Of a stretch of 64,000 nt of DNA, positions 17,618-32,066 are shown in pieces. A model generated the notes under the pieces. It did not search any database. It was given only the letters and a program-made list of their open reading frames with translations, and was not told where the DNA came from. Location: positions 13,029,675-13,093,674 of the forward strand of contig OZ037768.1 in assembly GCA_964035545.1 (NCBI GenBank), written 5' to 3'. Numbering within the stretch: the stretch's first letter is position 1; every line of letters begins with the position of its first letter. The translations under genes were made by a program, and so were the position numbers. This DNA comes from Bugula neritina. Taxonomy: Eukaryota; Animalia; Bryozoa.

Positions 17618-19653
17618 TTATGATTTCCACGTACGTTTACTCAAAGCTGTATTAATGTGATGAAAGAGCGAGCAGCGTGGTTGTGAAACGTGACTATGAC
17701 TTATTACCTCCGACGTATAAATCTTATTTGAATTTCCGCCGAGGCAAAAGTTGATATTTTCGTGGTGCTCACAACTCCCACGCTCTGCTCTCTTCCCCTC
17801 ACGACGCCTCGTAGGGCGTTTGACCGCGCCCTGAACGGAACGTGGTAAGTCCTTGCGATACGCGGGGCCTGGCTTAGGACACCGTTTCCGAGGTGTCGTC
17901 ACTAACCAAGGCGGTTTACGCACCCGTGGACGGTCACGTCTCACAGGTGGTGCTTCCAGCCAATTTGTGACAAATGGAGCTTTCCCAGTACCTCCGCACG
18001 GAGCCCCTCCCTTGGGGGGTTTTTGCACTTCCAGGTCGGTTCCTGACCTAGGAAGTGGCGGTGGCGGCTTGCACGCTGACGGCGGTGAGCGCACTTCCCA
18101 GAACGGGTGTGGCTTTTTCTGCCTCGCCACTGCTTTGGGTTGCATCCTAGGCGGTTTGTCGACCAGGTCAGCAGTCTCCGTCTGCCCGAGTCTTTCTGCA
18201 CTTTGCCTTCGCCACCCTACTTCGTCAGTATGGGGGCCGTGCTTACTGACCCGGCAGACTCCGCACTGCCCAACTCTGCGTCGTACATCACGCTCCATGT
18301 GAGGCCAATACCACCAGAGTTGTAGTTCGGTGAACACCTGTTGGGCTCCCCCGTCAGCCTGCTGGTGTACCTCTTCTATCAACTCTCGGCAGATGGCGGC
18401 AGGACAGAGGGTCCTCTCCTGGTCTGGCTGGTGGTGGTTATCGGCCAAAAATATGGTCAGTAGACCATCCGGCCCGATCCGCAGTGCGTTCCAACGTCGG
18501 CAGTACAGCTGCCACTCGGCGCAGCCCTGCTTCCGTTGTCTGTCACTGGGTTGTCACCCTTCCCGTTTCATTTAATAGACGTCGGCTACACCCCCGGAAT
18601 ATGTTCCTGGAGGTATCCTAGCTCCTTAACGCCATCGGTTGAGACGGGTTCGGCGTGGGGGTCCTGTGCCACCTCTGGGGGCATGTCAGGGTCCCCAAGG
18701 TGAGGTGTAGCCTCAGTTTTGTGTAGTGACGTGACCGTCTCTGGGCGCTGTTCGTCATCTACGCAACCGTCTGATGTTCTATCTTGGGTCCCCTAGCTGT
18801 GGGGTGAGGCAGTCCTTCGCCCGGAGGGCGGGTTCTCTAGAGGACTTTTCATCGCGGTTTCCCGTGATGGCCTGCTGTTATCTTCTTGAACAGAAGGAGT
18901 ACAGCTTGGTGGAGAGGTGGGTGGTAGGCTCACTGTCTCCGAGGGGGAGTGGAGGCATGGCACCGAGGTCTTTCCTTTCCGTGTCAGCTGGTTAGAACTG
19001 CAGACAGGTGGGACCTTCGGGTGCGCGCTCTCTACAGCTCCCGGCTTGGAGGTACGGCCACCGTCTACCTGGTGGTGGACGGTGTCCCGGGAGTGGCCGG
19101 GCATAGTACAGGCACGTACTATCGGCTCTTCTCCCGTTAGAGGATGGCCAAACTTATCGACACAGGCGAGCTCCCTGCCGCCCATAATCATCGCAGATTT
19201 ACCAAAATCAATGCGCCATCCGTGTCGTTGTAAGAATGGCATCCCAAGGATGGGGTCCTCCTGGAGTTGTCCTACTATGAACCTCTCCTGGATGGTCTGG
19301 TCACAGACGCTCCCAGGGAGTTCAATGATACCATAGAAGGGGATGCACGACCCGTCTGCCAGGGTGCCATGATCGCCTTCATACCGTTCCAACTCTGCGG
19401 TCCGTCGTTTGTCAAACCTGTTGCGGGGTGGCATTGAGAACACCGGCGGCGAGCGGCTTGTACAGCCTGCTTGCCATCCTGGTGGTCGTTCCGCGAGGTC
19501 TCGGACGGGTGTCCGGCGTGGTAGACGCCACTGTGTCCTCCCTTGAGGTTTTAACGGCGGCCCGCCGGATGTGGGAGCATCTGCAGGCCGTCGTACTTTA
19601 GCCCTGGTTGAAGTCGGGGACAGTGTTTCTGGAAGTGTCCTGGTCTTCCGCAC
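17618..19653 (-). pseudogene. Reduced pol of B2 (protease remnant, linker, integrase zinc-binding region)
   Basis: ORFs 18793-19653 and 17618-18448, homologous to B1 and element A pol. Confidence 0.8.
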
Positions 19654-20471
19654 CCCCAGCAGGAGGGGTGTCCTCTACCAGGCGACCGCACCGGTGGCCC
19701 GTCAAGCTCACGGGTGGTGCCTAGCTGGCTTTCCAAGGCGGAGACCAGTTCGGCTAGCATGTCAGTCATTTGTGCGACCTGTGATGCCACCGTCATCTGC
19801 GTCACCTTGGCCACCGCTGGAATTTCCGCGTGAGAAGCGGTAAGAGCAGCAGAGGGCTCCATGTCCACCTGGCGAGAAGTCACACGGCTCCGCTGCAGCT
19901 GGCTGGCCAGAAGGTAAGCCTCCCCTTCTGCCAGCGCACCTTCGACCGCGGTGACTCCCCTCGCCAAGAGTTGGTGATGGAGTCCCAAGTCGTTGATGGA
20001 CTGCACGAAGGCATCATAGGCATACCTCTCACGGTTTACTTGCGGCAGATCGCGGAACGCAATCTGCGCCAGTCTCATAACCGTGGTAGCGTGCTCTTGT
20101 AGCGGCGTGTGAGGATCACGCCGTAGTCTTTGAAGACGGGCCCGCGCATCCACAGCGGAGATACCAAAACGGGCCCGCAAGGAAGCAAAGATGCCGTCAA
20201 TGTCTGGTCCCACTCCGTACGGTTTGGCTTTGTCTGACAGCGCCATCCTGAGCTTGAGCAATGCTATTCTAGGTGGCCATTGTGCAACCTCCATTACATC
20301 TTTGAATTCCTGAACGAATTGCTCCACCGGCTCTTCACCTGAGAAGGTGGGTACCCTCAGCCGGTACTTCTCTTTGTAACATTCCCTATGTACTCGCACT
20401 TCTGGTTCTATAGGTATATCTTCCTCACCTTCATTCCTCTGAAGGGGTAGCTCTGTGCCTCTTTCTGTCAT
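19551..20471 (-). CDS. Intact Gag of B2 (306 aa, CCHC knuckle)
   Basis: Uninterrupted ORF starting just after the PBS. CWGCGRPGHFQKHC. Confidence 0.9.
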   Translation of the reverse strand: MTERGTELPLQRNEGEEDIPIEPEVRVHRECYKEKYRLRVPTFSGEEPVEQFVQEFKDVMEVAQWPPRIALLKLRMALSDKAKPYGVGPDIDGIFASLRARFGISAVDARARLQRLRRDPHTPLQEHATTVMRLAQIAFRDLPQVNRERYAYDAFVQSINDLGLHHQLLARGVTAVEGALAEGEAYLLASQLQRSRVTSRQVDMEPSAALTASHAEIPAVAKVTQMTVASQVAQMTDMLAELVSALESQLGTTRELDGPPVRSPGRGHPSCWGCGRPGHFQKHCPRLQPGLKYDGLQMLPHPAGRR

Positions 20472-21179
20472 CTTGAAATACGCGAAATCCCACCGCTGCC
20501 ACCACTGTTGTGAGTTTTAGCACAATTATTCAGCGTGGATTGCCTGCGTATTTAGTTTCAATTTAACTAGCAACTACTAACAGAGCTTGCTTACGATAAC
20601 CTTTATTTAATTCGATAAACATAATTATAACAGTATGTCAAAACCACAATACATCAATTAATTATAACACATCTTACTACTACGAGCCCCTGTTCTCAAC
20701 ACACATGGTTTTGCTAGCTAACCCGCGAACAGTCACTTGACCAGAACCTTGCCTTCCGGTCCTTCTGATTGGATAGTAAAACATAGTTATAAGTATTTCC
20801 ATACAGGAGGGGACGAATCCATTATTATACTACGTAATCCCTTTACACTATTTATTGTATCTTTATAAACAGAAATAAAATTATTGTTGTTTGCTGAAGC
20901 ACTGCTGAGTAAATTGCCTCACAACATTAATTCACTAGTATTTCTACAAGGTCAAATGTGCTTCCTATATTAATGAAAAACGAAAAATGAGAGAAGTTGA
21001 ACTTGGACAACTCAAACGTAGACATGCAAAATTTGTCAATCAATCCAAAGTTTCCAGTCAAAATAATGATTCTAGCAAACCACCCAGTAAATAAAAATAT
21101 TATACACCTCAAGGTATATGAGTAGAGTATTTTATTCATTTAGGCTAGATATACAAAAGGATGTTTGTACTAAAAAGAA

Positions 21180-22480
21180 GACGCTGATAGACATAAGGGT
21201 CAAGTCAATACAATGGAATTTTTTCCCAAACATAAAGCAGAAGTAAGCTTAATTCTTGCATTATCTGTCATAAAATCATCTACAGTCTTTTATTATCATC
21301 AAAATATTGCACTCTTCTAAGAGAATAAAGTTGGTGTAGCAGTGAATCTCAGTAAGTAAGATGAAAGTGTTGACTCAACTGCCAGAGCTGGTTGCACCCA
21401 CAAGACTGCCAGGGCTGGTTGCACCCACAAGACTGCCAAAGCTGGTTTATAGTCTACTTTTATGTCACCAGCCAAAAGTGAATCATTGTTTGATAACTTT
21501 GATAGAGATGACTTCCATATACAGGTTACTTCTGCTTATAATCAATTATAGCAATTTATTGAGTTAGCTATATAACTCATAAATAGCATTATTGTAGCTT
21601 CTAGATACAGTTTGAGATTGTATAGAGTTGTAATAGATTCAACATAATTTACTAGTTACTATAGTCGCTGATTCTTTACCTTGCTTAATAAATAGGTCAC
21701 AGTAATATGAGAGAAGAACTTTTGTAACTGAGCACATATTGAGGTTTCAATACATGATCAAAACATATTATACTTGCTGTGATTGTACAATAAGGTTGAA
21801 ATAATTTTCTTTTAGGTGAATGGCATGCAAGATAATGATTGTGAGGCTGTAAAAAATTTGCCATTGGTTCATACTAACAATCTGAAGGCGACACCTCATA
21901 CAGGGAAAGTCAGGTGGAATTTAAGCTGTATCATCTATGTTGGTAATAACTATACTGGAAGTTCCAGCTACAAGCCGGGGTAATATAGAGCTTTAAGACA
22001 GTCAAAATAATTTACTAGAACTTTTCAAGTTCATTTTAGCATGAAGTGTCTATCCACGAGAACTTATACCCAGTGTGATTTTACAATAGCAATGCAATAA
22101 TTTCCTTTTAGGTGTATTATGTGCAAGATAATGATTGTGAGACTGTTGAAGGTTTGCCATTGGTTCATACTAACAATCTAGCTGCAGCAGACGACACCTC
22201 ATACAGGGAAAGTGAGGCGGGCTTCAAGCTGTATCACCTATGTTGGCAATAATCATACTGAAAGTCCCAGCTACAGGTCGAGATGATATAGAACCTTAAG
22301 TTGTATTCAAAATAATTTACTAGATTTTTTCAAGTTTTTTTAGCATAAAGATATATACAAAATTGGTAAATTTTTTCATGCTCCCACAACTTTGATGCAA
22401 TGAGATATAGAGCATGTTTCTTGCGATAATATTGAGTATGGATATAGTACTATCACTAATTATAGGAATTACAAGAGTTT
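21180..22480 (+). pseudogene. Remnant of a diverged plus-strand paralog of the ankyrin gene (partial copy near 6710-7167)
   Basis: DADRHKGQVNTMEF..KHKAE plus flank resembles the reverse complement of 10200-10300. 22071-22125 resembles the reverse complement of 9415-9470 (acceptor of exon 7). Confidence 0.5.
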
Positions 22481-22769
22481 CTCTTTAGCAATATTCCAAA
22501 ACATCCCATCTAGCTGGCTGGTGATATTCAAGCTGATACTTTAAGTATATGACAGAGATTTGTAACACTCAGCTCTCTGATGACTCTATTCCTCCAGAAA
22601 AGGTTTGCTACTTCCAGACATCTCTTTATGTATATCTACTTTGTTGAACTTATGTTCACATTGATGTTGGAAACTTCTATTTGCATTTGTTGTTCTGTTT
22701 TCTTCAGTGAAAGTTCCCAAGACAAGAGGAGCAGCAAATCGTCATGCACACAAAAAAGTCGACATAACA

Positions 22770-23400
22770 GGTTATGACGAAGCCAAGACTTGTGAACATG
22801 TTGGCACATTCTTCTTAAATCATGTGACCAGTAAGAACGTCCCAGCTCCGGTTCCCACCAAAACTAAGACTCAGGAGTTTTGAGAGCTACACCTAAAACT
22901 ATTGAAGCTACAGAGAAAGACATACACAACATTTTTAAACAGCATGGTTTAAGAATCGCAATTAAGGCAAATAAAAGAGCAGTAACTTCTTGTAGATATT
23001 TACCTCAATCTCACAAACCAAATATACAAACCATACAACAAACCAAACAACATTCTCACATACCTGTATGCAAAAGCAAATCATTCACTATAGATTCTCC
23101 AAAACGAACCAGAATCTATAAACAGACGACTCTCATCCATCTCGTTTAATTCTGCTGCATTCAGCAACAATGCAATCACCTATCAAGAATCACTCTTCAA
23201 AAGCGGACACAATCACGTGCTAGAATTTTATAAACCTAGAGCAAGCCCCAAGGAGCCGAATTGTTATTATAAGAGGAAAGTAACATGTTTCAACCCCCCC
23301 CCCCACGTTTCCCCCTCCCCCCTTTCTTTCAGTAGAAACATAGTGAACAACATGAGCAATGAGCTCTTCAAGATTGTTTGTGATAAGTTCCCTGCATAAT
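22770..23400 (+). mobile_element. Penelope-like retroelement RT fragment (degenerate)
   Basis: YDEAKTCEHVGTFFL, FKQHGLRIAIKANK, YKPYNKPNN, ESINRRLSSIS and RKVTCFNPP match the C-terminal motifs of Penelope-like RTs. Frameshifted. Confidence 0.8.
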
Positions 23401-25437
23401 GCTGCATAAAAACCATAATCTATCAAACAAAGGTCAACAATAATAGCAATGCAGCAACGGAAACATATCTGGATCATTTTACTTAATTTAGTACACACTG
23501 GAAATCTCCAGTTTTTAGCTATTTTTACAATTTAGCTGCTAATGAACATGGGTTTTTGCCCAAAACTAGTAAAATATAAATGAATGCACACCTAGATAAT
23601 TAAGGTTCTTCTTAATTTTGCTTGATTTCCTTAATTTTTTTTTTTAATCATTCAGCTCCTTTTGATTTTGGAGAGTTTTTTTTTCCTAACACTCTGCAAA
23701 AAATCTTTCTATATCAAGACTTTGTGCTGCTTCTGAATTTGCAAACTCTAAAATTGTAGATCTACTCATGCTAGAGTTATTGAGTAAAACAAGTATAAAT
23801 TATGAGCACATAATATTGTAGCCTACAATATACGTAGCATCAATTATTAACTATAGCTGTCTATAAACAATAATATTTTGTCAGATATGAAAGTAGGTTG
23901 CTTCGTTTTTAAATTCTACACGGAATATAAATTTATAGATTGCAAAACACTATATTTTTCTTATTCAAAATGAAGTTTTCAATAGAAACGCATGTCCGCT
24001 ATATAATATAATCATGACACATAATAACACTTGACAGAAGCATACGTAATAATTACATAAAAGAAGCTAGTTATGTAAGATAGAAAGTATTTTATGTGAA
24101 CGAGTCAAAGAATTAAATATTTAAAAGCAATATCATGGATGCATACATGTTGAAATCTTTTTAGCATCTTTTAACTCAGTCTTCTGTTGATTTGACAGTA
24201 ATCTTTAAATGTAATATCTGCAATTAAGGAAGGAGATAATAGCAAAGCTTAGAGTTTTTCTTTTGAAAAAATTATAGCTGAGCCAAACAAATTTTAACTT
24301 CCAAGTGATTATTAAAATAAATAGTACAAATAGTATGCATTTTAACCAAGAACATTGTTTCAGAAATATCGTTTATATAATATATTGTTAAATTTAAGTC
24401 TGTTGGTAAATGTTAACGGACACATAACAAAACTAGCCACTAGGATTACTTGTTTTATTGGTTTAGTTTGACAAATACTGTATTTTGCCGTTATGTTTTT
24501 GGATAGAATTTCACTAAATAGATTGACATTATATGCTATACACAAATAATATTATACAACTACTTTCTTTGAGGAAGCAACTCCCAAGTTTCCTTACAAA
24601 TTCTTATATGCTGGTTACTACCAACACACTTAGAGGATCCTATATTATGTATCAAGTCAAGATGTGTCAAGCAGAGAGTTTTTAATAATTCAAATGACTT
24701 TTGTCAAAGTAACAAAGTAATTAACGTTTGACAACTTAAACAACACAGACAAATTAATTCTAATAACTTCTCGTTAGAAAAAGTATGCTAATAGTTTTTA
24801 AAACTTTCTGTCACTAATGGCTGTTTGGCAAGTTTCTATAATAATCATATTTATTCATAACTGGTTTGTGGTAAAATGTATAATCAGTGTGGTTGACTAT
24901 GCTTATCAACATTACATGCACCAGGGATTTATGTGGAATACTTAATCAACAACAAAGTATGTTTTGGTGTACACTTTACATGTGTGTATTGAACGAGAAA
25001 AATAACTTTACCCCCAAATATATTGGCATAGAATATTGCACACTAAATTGCTGCTCTATAACATACAAGTGTAATTACACAAAATCGCTTGCGATAGACA
25101 AATATAGGTTGTATGTTGGAGCAAGCAGTATACACTCAACAAGTATTTAGAAATAAACATTAGGTAGGCACGTGAAAATAATTTAAAATTAGGATGTTTT
25201 AGTAATTTTACGCTAGTCTAATATAGTTTTAAAGCTCCTGATGTTGAAGAATAAAAATCAAATTAACAACATGATGGCTGGAAAAAGCATTGAGGTCTAA
25301 AGCATTGAATAAAGCACACTTCATTTCAAATAACAAAAGCTAGTTCGAGAGCTAAGGACTTATTCTTCCAATACAACATAATAATAATGATAATAATAAT
25401 TTTATATAGTCTTCTGTAGTTTTTATACAATAGTTTT

Positions 25438-26872
25438 TCAAATTTCAGAAGGCAGAAGTATTTTCCCTTTCGCTTTTGAGATCAAAGCAAAGTGTTTATA
25501 CACCTTTGATGTTACAATTCTTGTGAATTTCATTTCTTCTATTCTGTCCAAAGTCTCAAAGCCTAAAAAACACATAATACATAGGCCTATTACATTTATT
25601 TTGCATAAATTTTTTTTTGTGATGCTTTCATAAAATTCAACAACTTAGTATTTCGATCTAAGTAAAATTAAAATAAAATAAAAAACAAAACTATAAAACA
25701 GAAATTTTTTTACAGGATAACAGTAACTCAAAATTAGCAAAATCATAGATTAAGGACCAAGGTTACTTGCCATAGAGGCTCTCATTTCCTGTTTGTAGCA
25801 CATCATTGGTCAACTGCTTATGTTCCTGCCATGTTACACCATCGTTACTTCTGAGAACAATGGTTTCCTGTTCATCTTGACTAGCAGCAACATCTATTAT
25901 GACAGGGCTGAAAAGAAAAAGCACAGGTGCCATTTTTAAAAGCGATCACATTTTTGGTATGCACTGTGTTTGAATAAAAATGTAATAAATTTAATGAAAA
26001 CATGAAAAAGTAATAAAAATGGAAGAAAAAATTGTTTTCTTTCCTACAAAACTAAATGAATGAAAGCTTACCCAATAAAGGTGGCACAAGCAGGTTCTAG
26101 AGAGAGAATAGGGAAGACGAGTGTTTCGCCGTTTGGAAGAGAGGGCATCACTCCTTTCTCAAGGAAACGGCACACAATTCTCGTTGGTGCGGTTGCCACA
26201 CCGGCTGGAATAAAAAATCGGACTTTCTCTCTGCATCCCTGGAAATATCCTCCTCTGGCGTCAACCAGAAAACTCATGCGGAATCTAAAGTGAGCAGCAT
26301 ATAATATGTCAACACAGTTAATAATTAAGTAGCTAGTAATTCATTTATGTGTGTGTGCGTGCGTGAGTGCATGTGTGTGTGTGTGTTTTATTGCAGTAGC
26401 AGTTTTCCTACATATAAAAATGCTTCTACTTCAACTATTAAAACAAACCCAATAAAACCGAAGTCATGTTTGGCAACAGTTTTAACTGCAACAATTCTTC
26501 CAAGTTAGTTATCATTACCTTTTCAATTTGAGCTCCTCACTACAAATAAAAAAAAACTGATTTTATATAACAAATTTACAAAATGTCTTCCGTAAGCTGC
26601 TTTTGAACTACATACAGCCAAAGAATGAGAAACATGCTCATTGCATTTCTTGTCTATATGATATATAGAAAAAATATGTCAAATTGGTTCATATATAGTT
26701 GGGTACATATACTAAACGTACTCGGTATTTCCAAGGTTTTCATTTTTCAATGAATTGTCAGAGTTTAAATCCTTCTGAGAATGAGGTGCGCTGTGGGCCT
26801 CCTTACAAGTCTTTCTCTTTTTCGGTGTAAAGACACTCTTGCAGTTCAAACCTAGAATGAATAGAATACATC

Positions 26873-26904
<32 letters not shown>

Positions 26905-29900
26905 CTGTGTGCCGTGCGTGCGTGTGTGAGTGTGTGTTTGTGTGTGTGAGTGTGTGTTTGTGTGAGTGTGTGTTTGTGTGAGTGTGTGTTTGTGTGAGTG
27001 TGTGTGTCTGTGTGCCGTGCGTGCGTGTGTGAGTGTGTGTTTGTGTGTGAGTGTGTGTTTGTGTGAGTGTGCGTGTGTCTTTGCTTGCGCGCGCGTGTGT
27101 GTGTGTCTGTGTGCCGTGCGTGCGTGCGTGTGTGTGTCTGTGCTTGCGTGTGTGAGTCTCTGCATGTGCAGGTACGTAAGGAATTGATACTGTATCAATT
27201 ATGAATATTGACTGCTGTATAGATTATATATATTTACATGTTTTGAGGGTAAAGATATTGCTGGTAATTAACTAGGCCTCTAACTATGCGCTCGTGAAAT
27301 AAAATTAGCTGTGGGTTTTACCATTATGCATAGCTATAAATTAATAATAATCAATTCGAAAAATCCCCAACAATTTAATACTGCAAATAATTGCCAGTAT
27401 GAAAAACAGTAATTGGTGAGTTTTTATTACCAGCAGAGGCGACGCTGCGTAAAGCCCGCCTGATTTTCGATGTACGAGGTTTTGTCTTAACGCTCTGCAT
27501 GCCATACACCTACAAGGAAATTATTGCATTGCTATTGTACAATCACACTAAATATACGTTTTCATGGATAGACACTTCAATAGGCGTTTATAATATACAC
27601 AATAATGATATAATGTACTGCAAACACACTAACTCAATTCTCCTAATGTTGTGACCAACTTACCAAGTGAACAGTGCCTAACTACAGAACCAGTAACTAT
27701 AAAAGGTCTTAAATAAACAGAATAATTGAAAAGTTATTATCCTTTTGGCAGTTACATTGATTTACATAAAATTACCGTCTTGTATATCTAAATGCTTAGC
27801 GAAACATGGCCGATTTCTAGTAAATTACTCCAAATATTTTAAAGCTCTATCTAAGTTCAGTTGGTATCTGTAACTTTCATTGATGTTATATTTACCAGGT
27901 AGCTGACTCAATGAATCACTAATTGACCAAAAACAGAACTGACATGCATTGGAAAAACGCTTATATCAAAATGAGTAAAAATGATGCACTTTTAGCTTGT
28001 GACTTAGAAATAGACTGTGATCCAGATAAACACTAGACAGAGCCAGATTGACTACTGATTTCCTCACATGTGCAATCAGCTTGTGAGACAAAGTTTAAAA
28101 ATGGTTTGATCAAATCATTGACTAATGGCCCAGAAGATGCTGTAGCAATGTTTTGCTGACACAAATTTAAATGTCAGACTAAGTCAATGTGAACACAAAA
28201 TTAACACACAATCAAATATGTTTAGTCCAATATAAGTTGCAATATTGAATACTACAATGTTATGATTCTAATATCAAACTGTAGATGATTTATTAACAGA
28301 TAATGTAAGGGCAATGTCTACTTCTGCTTCATGTTTTGACATAGATTTCACAATATTTACCTGACCACTATGTCTCTCAGCTTTAGAAGTTGTAGGGAGA
28401 CTAGCACCATACTTCAAGAGAATCTCTGCTGTGAGAGCATGGTTTTTCTGCCTGCACAGGTGCATTGGGGTTAATCCGTCCTAAAATATACCATAGCAGT
28501 AGCAACTCAATCAAATATTCAATATTCAATACTCAAATAATATTTAAGAAGAAAAGCTTTCAATTTTATGTTTTCCACTTCATGATAAGGGTCATAGTTC
28601 ACGATAATAATCAGTTGGTATAACAGTTGCAGTTGTAACATTAAGGGCACAGTTTGTGTTGTTACATTATTTTGGTAACTTGGAGTTATCTTTTTTTATA
28701 TTTGTAGTTTCTCAACTTATGAGCTGATTTAAAATAAAAGTTAACTTCCTCTTTGACAGATTCAGGACCTTGATTTAAATCATTTATAAATAAAAACTAA
28801 TCAACTATTAATCACTTATAAAATAGATATCTGTTGAATAAAAAAATACCTAATGGAAGTTTGAATAAAGAAACTTAGAACAGCAAATGTTGAGATAGTA
28901 TGCTGCCGCACTGGCAGTTGATCACAAAAAGTAACTGTAACATCGCTAGCTGTTTGGAATTGTAAACTTACTTTGGTATAGCAGTTGGGGCTAGCACCAT
29001 TTTCCAACAGCATCGATACAATATCACTGAGTCCATCCCTGGCAGCAAGGTGTAGGGGGGTGAACCCATTTTCCGACTCTGCGCTTACTCCTGCGCCATA
29101 TTCAATCAGAGCACAGACCGTATCCATGTCACCTTTTCCCACAGCATAATGTAGAGGCGTGTAGCCATTCTGTAAACACAATTACTAGTAGCCATTTAGT
29201 AGACTTTATGATTCATCAGAGATTAGAATAAAGAATATAATTAACAAGATGTAAGCACTTTTACTAACATTATAGTGAGTGTTCTTAGATTTGAGAAAAT
29301 ATGACAATTCCACTTCTAGGTTATGTAGTTCAACAGTAAGCAGAACATAAACATGGCCATTTACAATGTAGGTAATTTTTAACCATTAAAAGTAATATTG
29401 TTATGTTTTCCAGAATTAGGGTTGATATGCAATCCAGAGAGTCTAATTACTTGCTATAGAACTGCACCAGGATAAGTCGAGTGAACGAGTATATATTTTA
29501 AACACAATAATACATTACAAAAACGATACAAATACATCTGACAATTTACACATTTAGACTATTCAGCACTCTAACTTCGACTGACTAACAGCGGGAAAAC
29601 TATTATTGCTGCTAAATATCAAACCCGCTAATTGGCTATCAATTGTTCCGGGTCAATTACGCGACCTTGTATGCTGTGCTGCTGGTAGCTCCACGAGCCA
29701 CCACAATATAATGAAGCTAACGTACATTAATTAAACAGACTCCAAAATGTTCATAATTTTGCTGAGCTATCACAAACTAGGCAGAAAAATTCTCACCTTA
29801 GCCCTGCTGTCAGGGGAGACACCATATTTCTCCAGCAGAAGTAAAACTATTGCAGCTTGACCATGCTGAGCAGCTAGGTGCAGAGCTGTATGTCCATCAT

Positions 29901-31254
29901 CATTTTTGAGTTCAGGCTTTGCGCCTTTTTGGAGTAACATTCGAGTTACTGCCTGTTGATTGTTTCCTATGCTGACATGGAGAGGTGTCATTCCATTCTA
30001 CAAGCATCAGCATGCACTGTGTACATTGTAACTCAAAATACTTTAGGAGAAAATTATACAACTACATCAGAAGTGAATTTCAGAAGAACATTTATTACCA
30101 GTTCTAATCAACATACACAACTATTTGTTTTTCTCAAGTGGAGGCACTGAATACACTAAATTGTTACCTTAGTCACAGAATGGAATAGTTTTGAATGTTT
30201 TGGAAATGAACTTATCACATTTTCATTTCCGTCTTTTGCTGCTACATGCAGCAGGGAATAGTTATCTCTAACCTCAGCATTCACATCAAATTCATGCTGC
30301 AACAGAAGCAGTACACTATCTACACTACTCACCACTTCAACTCTTGTTGTTACATAATAAACAAACACTATTTGTATAGCTATACAGGTTTCTTAAAGCA
30401 AAGCACCATTTCTGAAATAGTCAACCAGGAACTTCAAGTCCAATCAACTTAAAACTAAATGTAATTTAAGTGAAAGTCATTGCAGTGTAGTTCTACAGTT
30501 ACTCCTAACTCTTTAAGTTGAGTGTGTGCTTACTGAAGATGGGTCTTCATTGTCCAGAGAAGAGGGTGTATGTAGTTGACTACTACTGATCTCACTGTGA
30601 TCAATAGATAGTTCCTCACTGTCAACCTCTATTTCAGATTCACTAGCTCGGCAACATACTAGAAGTGGCAAAACTGTCATGTATATAAACTCAGATATAT
30701 TCATTTTACAATCTGATTCAAAGAGGTCCATGGGATTTGAATACCAATATCAAATACACCATTAGCCGATATCTTAACTTTATGCCTAGATTCTAGTTAC
30801 TAATTTTACTGTATCCATTTGCCCAAAACAAAATAGTAGGTCAAAAAAAAATACTGTGATTTTGGTTCATTTTCATCTAATGGGATTATATTCACAAGGT
30901 TGATGGAGATTTTTACTGTGTGCAAACACTTGAAAGAAAATATTTAAACTTCTGCCAGATTGGCTATAATGATGGCAAGATGATATGGTCAATTTTCCAA
31001 ATAGTGATGCAGGCAGCTTTACTTAGCCAAGCTGATAAGGATATGACAAACATTCATATGATGCAGCTACAATAAGAGTGTACATACATGTAACTCATTA
31101 ATATATTTATATTGGTACAAAATCAGCTAAACCCAAGTGACTAAGATATAAAATATTGTAGTTAGACAAGTTTGCAAATTATTTAGCTTTTCATGCAAAA
31201 CTTACCCAAATTGGTGATTGAGGCCCAAAATCTTCTGAATAATTCTAATATCAT
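25438..31254 (-). CDS. Ankyrin plus ZU5 mini-ankyrin gene, copy 2
   Basis: All exons of copy 1 present with splice sites. Exon 6 is 27 bp longer (YGASLPTTSKAERHS). Confidence 0.75.
29399..29705. mobile_element. ~307-bp insertion unique to unit 2 (solo-LTR-like)
   Basis: Absent at the homologous sites near 11222 and 50169. TG..CA ends flanked by ATAT. Confidence 0.65.
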
Positions 31255-31640
31255 TTTCGCAGTATAAGCATATTAACATTCAACATAATATTAAGACAAT
31301 AATGCTTTCAATAGAAATATAGACTAATAATTATGATGTAAGCAGTTTTTGTTGTGGGTAGTATTATGATTGTGATGTCATACAACAATGGTATCCCAAT
31401 ATAAATTTAGCAAATATTTAAATTTATTATTACATTAACTTCAATATCTTATTATTAGGACTTATAAGCAACAATTGCGGTTCTCCATGTTTTACAAAGT
31501 TGTAAATAAATTGTTTTAAAAATATTTCTTAATATATAAGTTAAGTAGCTGCAGGCCAATTGACTCTAAGTGAATGCATTTTGAATAACTTTTTCACTGC
31601 AGGTTTTTAAAGTCTAATATATATATATATAATATATATA

Positions 31641-31811
<171 letters not shown>

Positions 31812-31986
31812 CTTCAAATAAAATGTTAAGATTACATCTTAACATTTTATCTGAAGATTGTGTACATTCAATGCACATGAAACTAGTAGTTATAATAAAG
31901 TGTTTTAAATCAAATTTTATCGTTCATCACTTTTATTTACTCTGCTCTGCACTGCATTGAGCTCTCTTTAGTGGTAAACTATACAC

Positions 31987-32066
<80 letters not shown>

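Larger units (their letters stand above)
15955..20847 (-). mobile_element. Non-autonomous LTR retrotransposon B, copy 2
   Basis: LTRs 15955-16295 and 20506-20847. TSD CTAT. Same flanks as B1, so duplicated with the segment. 267-bp internal deletion removes the protease DTG. Confidence 0.95.
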
